Assembly (NCBI GenBank): GCA_049515895.1
Contig: JBEKTQ010000008.1
Span: forward strand, 1-64,000
Source: Candidatus Bathyarchaeia archaeon
Lineage (GTDB): Archaea > Thermoproteota > Bathyarchaeia > Bathyarchaeales > Bathycorpusculaceae
Length of the DNA stretch: 64,000 nt
Direction of reading: 5' to 3'
A program made the translations under genes and the position numbers. Positions 57,349 through 64,000 of the stretch are shown one piece after another. The notes beneath the pieces are model-generated. The model searched no databases. It was given only the letters and a program-made list of their open reading frames with translations, and was not told the origin of the DNA. Every line of letters starts with the position of its first letter. The first letter of the stretch is position 1.

Positions 57349-59292
57349 TTGCAGTTTGAACTTATCGCTCCATACAAAATGTCGCCTGGACAGGCTGAAG
57401 CCGTTGAAAAGCTAGCCGCCAACATCCCCAAGAAACAGAAGCAAACCCTTCTCGGCATCACAGGCAGCGGCAAAACCTTCATCATGGCAAACTTGATCAA
57501 CCGCCTCCAAAAGCCGACATTGATTATTGCGCACAACAAGATTTTGGCGGCTCAACTTTACGGCGAGCTAAGAGAGCTTTTCCCCCACAATCGAGTTGAA
57601 TTTTTCATTTCGTTCTACGATTTTTATCAGCCTGAATCTTATTTGCCGGCTCAGGACATGTACATTGAAAAGGACTCTGACGTGAACGAGGAGATCGAGA
57701 AGATGCGTATGCACGCCGTGTCCAGCCTGGTAAGCCGGAACGACACGATAATTGTTGCCAGCATCAGCTGCATTTACAGCCTTGGAAACCCAGAAGACTT
57801 CAGAAGTATGGCGCTGTACCTGTCGGTTGGAAAGCAAATCGGAAGGCAAGAGCTCATCCGCTCGCTAGTTGAGATGCAGTATGAACGCAACGACATGGAG
57901 CTTGAGCCAGGCAGGTTCCGTGTGCGAGGCAACACAATTGATGTTGTGCCCTCCTACGAGAACGACATTTTACGCATTGAACTCGACGGAAACACTATTG
58001 GCAAACTCAAAGAAGTCCACCAAATAACAGGCGACGTAAAAGTTGCGGTCGACAGGCTAACGCTTTACCCTGCACGCCAATACGTTGTTCCAGAAGAGAA
58101 ACATGCACTTGCACTTGAACACATCAAGCAGGAGCTGGAGCAGAGGCTTCCCGACCTACCGCCGCTCGAAGCACAAAGGCTTAAACAACGCACAAATTAT
58201 GATTTGGAGATGATTAGGGAAATCGGTTTCTGCGCAGGCATGGAAAACTACAGCCGACACTTCGACGGACGCAGACCAGGCGAACCGCCCTTCACCTTGA
58301 TGGATTACTTCCCTAAAGATTACCTGCTAATCATCGACGAGAGCCACCAGACGATTCCCCAATCCCGTGCCATGTACAACGGCGACTACGCAAGAAAAAA
58401 GAACCTTGTAGACTTCGGCTTCCGACTTCCCAGCGCACTCGACAACAGACCTCTCAAGTTTGACGAGTTCGAGGGCAAAATGGGCAAAGTCCTCTTCGTC
58501 TCCGCAACCCCAGCTGAGTACGAGTTGGAAAAGAGCGGTTCACCCGTCGAATTAATCACGCGGCCAACAGGCCTTTTGGACCCTGAAGTTGAGGTTCACC
58601 CCATTGTTGGGCAAATGCAGCATCTGATGGCTGAAGCAAAGAAAACCATCGAGCGGGGAGATCGAATCCTAATCACAACCCTCACAAAGCGAATGGCTGA
58701 GGATCTGGCGGATTATCTAGTTAAGGAAGGCTTCCGCGTTAGGTATATGCACTCTGACATCGACAGTTTAGACCGCATTGAGCTTGTGCGGCAGCTTCGA
58801 GTGGGCGACTTTGACATTTTAGTTGGAATCAACCTGCTGCGTGAAGGCTTAGACATCCCCGAGGTCGCAACCATCTTCATTTTAGACGCCGACAAGGAAG
58901 GGTTCTTGCGGGACGAACGGAGCCTCATCCAAACTATCGGACGGGCAGCGAGAAACGTAAACGGCAGAGTCATCCTGTACGCCGACATTGAAACAAGCTC
59001 GATAAAGCGAGCCATAGAAATAACCAATTACCGCCGCGCCTTCCAGAAACGCTACAACCAAATCCACAACATCACCCCCACGACCATAATTAAAAGCGTC
59101 TCACTCAAGGAAGGAACCATCAAAGGCACAAAGCACCTTCCCAAGTCAGACATTAGACGGCAAATAATCGAGTTGGATGCTAAAATGAGAGAAGCCGCTG
59201 AAAAACTCGATTTCGAACGGGCTATTGAATTGCGGGACACGATTGCCCAGTTGAATTCGGCTTTGGCTAGGAAGATGGAAATTGAAAGCTAG
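57349..59292 (+). CDS. uvrB: Excinuclease ABC subunit B
   Basis: GITGSGKTF, FYQPESY, IDESH, GINLLREGLD, C-terminal UVR domain. Confidence 0.97.
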   Translation: MQFELIAPYKMSPGQAEAVEKLAANIPKKQKQTLLGITGSGKTFIMANLINRLQKPTLIIAHNKILAAQLYGELRELFPHNRVEFFISFYDFYQPESYLPAQDMYIEKDSDVNEEIEKMRMHAVSSLVSRNDTIIVASISCIYSLGNPEDFRSMALYLSVGKQIGRQELIRSLVEMQYERNDMELEPGRFRVRGNTIDVVPSYENDILRIELDGNTIGKLKEVHQITGDVKVAVDRLTLYPARQYVVPEEKHALALEHIKQELEQRLPDLPPLEAQRLKQRTNYDLEMIREIGFCAGMENYSRHFDGRRPGEPPFTLMDYFPKDYLLIIDESHQTIPQSRAMYNGDYARKKNLVDFGFRLPSALDNRPLKFDEFEGKMGKVLFVSATPAEYELEKSGSPVELITRPTGLLDPEVEVHPIVGQMQHLMAEAKKTIERGDRILITTLTKRMAEDLADYLVKEGFRVRYMHSDIDSLDRIELVRQLRVGDFDILVGINLLREGLDIPEVATIFILDADKEGFLRDERSLIQTIGRAARNVNGRVILYADIETSSIKRAIEITNYRRAFQKRYNQIHNITPTTIIKSVSLKEGTIKGTKHLPKSDIRRQIIELDAKMREAAEKLDFERAIELRDTIAQLNSALARKMEIES

Positions 59293-59387
59293 CCCAGAAA
59301 ATGAGGGATTTGCGGCAAAAAGGTTCTAATCTCTCCTACTCAAACAAGTTACAATTTACAGAAGCGGAGAAGGAAACTGGTTTCGTT

Positions 59388-62291
59388 ATGAGAGACAGCA
59401 TCTCGATAAAGGGTGCAAGAGAGCATAACCTCAAAAACATTGATGTAGAGTTGCCCAGAAACAAGTTCATAGTCATTACTGGGCTGTCAGGTTCAGGAAA
59501 ATCCACCCTTGCATTTGACACTATCTACGCTGAAGGACAACGAAGGTACGTGGAGAGCCTATCCGCTTATGCGCGACAATTCCTCGGCTTAATGGACAAA
59601 CCCGACGTTGACTCAATCGAAGGGTTATCTCCCGCAATCTCGATTGAGCAGAAAAGCACAAGTAAAAACCCACGCTCAACCGTTGGCACAGTCACTGAAA
59701 TATACGATTACCTAAGACTCCTCTACGCGCGGATCGGCACACATCACTGCCCAAAATGCGGCAGCTCAATTCACCCACAGAGCCCCGAAAACATAACCAG
59801 CCTCATCATGTCCGAAAAAGAGAAAACACTCATTTTCTTAGCCCCGATAATCCGTGGCATAAAAGGGACACACGAACAAGTTTTCGACGACCTCAAAAAG
59901 CAGGGTTACACCAAAATAAGGGCGGACCAGAAAATCTACGATTCCGATAGCATCAAGGAAGAAGTTAAACTTGTTCGGTACGAGAAGCACTGGATTGAAG
60001 CTGTCATCGACACAGTAAAAATCGCGGATGAAGAACGAAGCCGCATCAGTGAAGCCGTGGAGCAGGCACTTCAATTCGGCAAGGGAACAATGATAGTTAT
60101 CGACGCCCAAAAGGAAGCTGAGGCGGAAAAGAAAAAGGAGCTTGAACGCTTCCAGGACGAAACCATGTACAGCACCTTCGGAGCATGCCCAAACCATCCC
60201 GAAATCGTTTTCGAAAGCCTTGAGCCACGGATGTTCTCATTCAATTCGCCTTTCGGTGCTTGCCCAACATGCCACGGTCTCGGAGAGATAACGGAAATTT
60301 CAGAAGACAAAGTAATCCCTAACAGAAACCTCTCCATCATAGACGGAGCACTCGCAGTCTACGGCAGCATGGACCTTAGCTGGCGTGCCCAACAGCTTGC
60401 TATGGTCGGCAAAAAGCACGGGTTCGACGTTTTCACTCCGATTAAAGATTTCACTGAACCGCAACTGCACGTGCTCATGTATGGTGACAGGGAACCTTTG
60501 AATGGTCAATGGTCCAATGGAGCGAGCATGTGGATGCGGGATGGCTGGGAAGGCGTAATCCCACAAACCATGAGGCTTTATCGTCAGACTGAAAGTGAAT
60601 GGCGAAAAGAAGACATTGAAAAATTCATGACATCCAGACCATGCAACGCATGCAAAGGAAAAAAACTGCAGCCCGTTGTGCTCGCAGTTAAAATTTTAGA
60701 TAAAAGTATCATTGACGCAACTGACCTTTCAATCGAAGAAGCGGTTGACTTCTTTCAAAACTTACCTGCGCAACTCAACGAAAAAGAATTAGCCATAGCC
60801 AAGCAGGTGCTCAAGGAAGTCAACGAGCGGCTGGGCTTTTTGAAGAATGTCGGTTTAGGTTATCTTTCGCTTTCAAGAGCGGCGAAGACTCTTTCAGGCG
60901 GCGAAGCACAGAGAATTCGTTTAGCCACGCAGATCGGCAGCAACCTTATGGGTGTTCTGTACATTTTGGATGAACCCAGCATTGGCTTGCACCAACGGGA
61001 CAACGCTAAACTGATCAGTACTCTACATCGCTTACGCGACTTAGGCAACACATTGATTGTGGTTGAGCATGATGAGGAAACCATACGGAAAGCTGACTAC
61101 ATTATTGATATGGGACCAGGCGCAGGAGTCCACGGAGGACACGTTGTAGCCGAAGGTCCGCCAGATGAAATAATGGCTAACAAGCGAAGCCTCACAGGCA
61201 AATACCTCTCGGGCGAACTGAAAATTGAGGTGCCAGAGTCAAGGCGCAAACCATTAGGCTGCATCACAGTTAAAGGCGCAGAAGAAAACAACCTCAAACA
61301 CCTCAACTTGCAATTACCGCTGGGAGTATTGTGTGGGGTCACAGGGGTTTCAGGCTCGGGCAAAAGCACACTGATGAATTTGACCGTTATTCCCAAGTTG
61401 CGGGAGATGTTCGGGGAGAAAATCGACAAAATTGGCAAACATGAATCAATCAATTTCCCTTCGTTTGTCAGAAACGTAATAGTAATCGACCAAGATCCGA
61501 TTGGCAGAACACCGAGAAGCAACCCAGCAACCTACACCAAGCTTTTCGACGAGATTAGACGCATTTTTGCTTCAACCAAAGAGGCAAAAGCCCGCGGCTA
61601 CAAAGAGGGACGTTTCAGCTTTAATGTGAAAGGCGGCAGATGCGAAACCTGCCAGGGCGACGGCGTCTTGCGCATAGAGATGAACTTTTTGCCAGACGTT
61701 TACGTGCAATGCAGCGACTGTAAGGGTAAACGTTACAACAAAGAAACCCTAAGCATCCTCTTCAAGGGTAAGAACATAGCTGAAGTTCTGGATATGACCG
61801 TGGAGGAAGCAGCTAAATTTTTTGAGAATACACCGCGGATTTCGCGCAAATTAACCACCCTTCTTGATGTCGGCTTAGGCTACATTAAACTTGGGCAAAG
61901 CTCAACGACTCTGTCGGGAGGAGAAAGCCAACGTATCAAAATCACCCGCGAACTAAGCAAAAACAAGTCAGGCCACGTTGTCTACATGCTTGATGAGCCA
62001 ACCACAGGTCTACACTTTGATGACACTAAACGCCTCATCAGGGTGCTGAACAGGCTAGTTGACAACGGCAACACCGTTTACATAATCGAACACAACTTAG
62101 ACGTCATAAAAAGCTGCGACTACCTTGTGGATTTAGGTCCTGAAGGCGGAGCCGCAGGAGGCGAACTGCTGGCACAGGGAACACCTGAAGAAGTCGCGGA
62201 AATCAACTCATCGTATACCGGCAAATTCTTGCAGAAAATACTTAACCGCCCACAACAAGAAATAGGTTTGGCAGTGAAGCAGACTGCATGA
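59388..62291 (+). CDS. uvrA: Excinuclease ABC subunit A
   Basis: GAREHNLKNI, two Walker A motifs, two LSGGE signatures, Zn fingers. Confidence 0.97.
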   Translation: MRDSISIKGAREHNLKNIDVELPRNKFIVITGLSGSGKSTLAFDTIYAEGQRRYVESLSAYARQFLGLMDKPDVDSIEGLSPAISIEQKSTSKNPRSTVGTVTEIYDYLRLLYARIGTHHCPKCGSSIHPQSPENITSLIMSEKEKTLIFLAPIIRGIKGTHEQVFDDLKKQGYTKIRADQKIYDSDSIKEEVKLVRYEKHWIEAVIDTVKIADEERSRISEAVEQALQFGKGTMIVIDAQKEAEAEKKKELERFQDETMYSTFGACPNHPEIVFESLEPRMFSFNSPFGACPTCHGLGEITEISEDKVIPNRNLSIIDGALAVYGSMDLSWRAQQLAMVGKKHGFDVFTPIKDFTEPQLHVLMYGDREPLNGQWSNGASMWMRDGWEGVIPQTMRLYRQTESEWRKEDIEKFMTSRPCNACKGKKLQPVVLAVKILDKSIIDATDLSIEEAVDFFQNLPAQLNEKELAIAKQVLKEVNERLGFLKNVGLGYLSLSRAAKTLSGGEAQRIRLATQIGSNLMGVLYILDEPSIGLHQRDNAKLISTLHRLRDLGNTLIVVEHDEETIRKADYIIDMGPGAGVHGGHVVAEGPPDEIMANKRSLTGKYLSGELKIEVPESRRKPLGCITVKGAEENNLKHLNLQLPLGVLCGVTGVSGSGKSTLMNLTVIPKLREMFGEKIDKIGKHESINFPSFVRNVIVIDQDPIGRTPRSNPATYTKLFDEIRRIFASTKEAKARGYKEGRFSFNVKGGRCETCQGDGVLRIEMNFLPDVYVQCSDCKGKRYNKETLSILFKGKNIAEVLDMTVEEAAKFFENTPRISRKLTTLLDVGLGYIKLGQSSTTLSGGESQRIKITRELSKNKSGHVVYMLDEPTTGLHFDDTKRLIRVLNRLVDNGNTVYIIEHNLDVIKSCDYLVDLGPEGGAAGGELLAQGTPEEVAEINSSYTGKFLQKILNRPQQEIGLAVKQTA

Positions 62292-63898
62292 TCCAAATAA
62301 AGTGCGCCTCAGATTTCAAAAGTTCTGACATACCAAGACACCCTGGAGTTTACATCTTCAAAGACGAGCATGGCGAAATCCTCTACATCGGCAAGGCTAA
62401 AAACCTACGTTCCCGAGTCAAAAGCTACTTCTTAAATAAGGATCAGCCAGCAAAAACGAGACAGCTGGTTTCCAGAATCCGCGGCATCGACTGGATAATT
62501 GTAAACAACGAGGTTGAAGCTCTACTTTTGGAGAACAAGCTGGTTAAGCAGCACACGCCCAAGTACAACATTGACCTTAAAGACGCTAAAACCTTCGCTT
62601 ACATCTCTCTGACAAGGGAACCTTACCCTCGGGTGCTTACCAGCCGTAAAGTGGCACGCAAACTCGAATCGTTCGGACCTTACACCGAAGGCTTCATACG
62701 GCAAGACCTTCAACGTCTCGTCGTCCGCGTGTTTAAGCTGCGCACATGCAAAACCATGCATAAACGCGCCTGCCTGAACTATCACATACACCTCTGCACC
62801 GCCCCATGCATTGGAAAAGTCACCGCCGAAGAGTACGGCGAGCAAATCAAGCAGGCGCGATCCTTCCTGAACGGAAATTACCAGCAAACCATAAAACAAC
62901 TCAACTCCCAGATGGAACAAGCCTCCCAAGGCCAGAAATACGAAACTGCCCTTGAACTTCGCAACCAAATCGCCTCCATCAGGCTTGTCACTGAACACCA
63001 GATTGTAGACCAAGAACGGCGATTCGACCAAGACATCTTAGCCTTCAAGCAGGTCGGCGACAAAATGCTCGCTGTCCAAATGGGAGTCAGGAGAGGCGTG
63101 CTACTTGGGAAAAAACAGTTCAGCGTTGACCTGCAGCCTCAAGTTGAACAGGAATTCCTAAAGGCTTTCTATGCGAGCAATCGAATCCCACGAGAAATCC
63201 TCCTAAACAAGCCTTGCTGGCAAGAACCCGAAGAAAAGAAGGCTCTCGAAGAATTCCTATCGACAAAACGGTTAGCGCCAGTCTCTTTGATCATCCCCAG
63301 AAAAGCAAACAAACTTGCCCTAGTCCAGTTGGCAGAGAAAAACCTTGAGTCAACCTTGGAAGTTGACAGCTCACTGGTCGATCTGCAAAACGAACTTAAA
63401 CTTCCAACCCTCCCGCGGATAATCGAATGCTTTGACATCTCCAATTTGGGGCAGGAACATGTTGTTTCAGGCATGGTCAGCTTCAAAGACGCCAAACCCG
63501 ACAAGAAAAACTATCGGCGATTCAAAATCAAAACCTTCACTGGGCAGGATGACTTCGCCGCCGTCAACGAAGTTGTGGCACGAAGGTACAGGCGGTTGCT
63601 TGAAGAAAAAACCCAGCTGCCCGACTTGGTGCTTATAGACGGCGGACCCGGGCAAGTTAAAGCGGCAAAAGCGGCGCTCCAAACTGTCGGCTTAAATCTC
63701 CCGGTGATGGGGTTAGCGAAGGAGCATGAAGAAATATATTTGCCAGGAGACTCAGCGCCCAAAGTCTTCGACAAGAACAGCCGAATGATGCTTTTGCTTA
63801 GAAAGATCCGTGATGCAGCGCACGACTTCTCTCTGGGTTATAACCTGAAGCGGCGGCAAATGAAAACAAGAGAAGAATTCAAACAAGCCAAAAAGTAA
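62288..63898 (+). CDS. uvrC: Excinuclease ABC subunit C (no C-terminal HhH domain)
   Basis: PGVY..YIGKAKNLRSRV GIY-YIG domain, Cys cluster, UVR domain, RIIECFDIS, IDGG, IRDAAH. Confidence 0.95.
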   Translation: MIQIKCASDFKSSDIPRHPGVYIFKDEHGEILYIGKAKNLRSRVKSYFLNKDQPAKTRQLVSRIRGIDWIIVNNEVEALLLENKLVKQHTPKYNIDLKDAKTFAYISLTREPYPRVLTSRKVARKLESFGPYTEGFIRQDLQRLVVRVFKLRTCKTMHKRACLNYHIHLCTAPCIGKVTAEEYGEQIKQARSFLNGNYQQTIKQLNSQMEQASQGQKYETALELRNQIASIRLVTEHQIVDQERRFDQDILAFKQVGDKMLAVQMGVRRGVLLGKKQFSVDLQPQVEQEFLKAFYASNRIPREILLNKPCWQEPEEKKALEEFLSTKRLAPVSLIIPRKANKLALVQLAEKNLESTLEVDSSLVDLQNELKLPTLPRIIECFDISNLGQEHVVSGMVSFKDAKPDKKNYRRFKIKTFTGQDDFAAVNEVVARRYRRLLEEKTQLPDLVLIDGGPGQVKAAKAALQTVGLNLPVMGLAKEHEEIYLPGDSAPKVFDKNSRMMLLLRKIRDAAHDFSLGYNLKRRQMKTREEFKQAKK

Positions 63899-64000
63899 AC
63901 GCGGCTTTCCCGTTTATGCAAACCGTTTTAGCGTTTGAATGCTTAAATCTATATTCTCCTTAAGACAAACTGTATCCTGCACGTTAGAGGTCAATATTGT

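Noticed and set aside
1-64000. Mobile elements, prophage or defence systems
   Set aside because: No transposase, integrase, capsid, restriction-modification or cas motifs were recognised.

Overview
Archaeal chromosomal window. TFB, aIF-1, two PurP paralogs, tRNAs without encoded CCA, an aEF-2 paralog and many TTG starts fit Bathyarchaeia or a related TACK lineage (inferred). It holds about 65 genes and two tRNAs (Gln-TTG, Ile2-CAT); I saw no CRISPR array, transposase or integrase. Main blocks: 3' part of ppdK; envelope genes; tfb and aIF-1; many DNA-repair genes (UDG, OGG, DinB, SPL-like radical SAM, UvrBAC); purE-purC-purP-purP; a ~14.5-kb cluster with three group-3 [NiFe]-hydrogenases (HdrCB-MvhGA, HoxEFUYH, and a sulfhydrogenase with fused beta-gamma subunits); glycosylation genes; a DtxR-NRAMP pair with two operator palindromes; and a mevalonate-type locus. 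The most unusual items are: (1) a thiolase that has lost all its catalytic residues, coupled to a DUF35-HMG-CoA synthase fusion; (2) an MshC-sized CysRS paralog with a remodelled Zn site and no anticodon-binding domain, next to a peroxiredoxin; (3) a non-coding array of nine phased 10-bp repeats bracketed by perfect 9-bp inverted repeats; (4) a divergent gene pair sharing a CxxC-x17-CxxC domain; (5) likely CTG/ATT start codons. All calls come from reading motifs by eye; no database searches were run.
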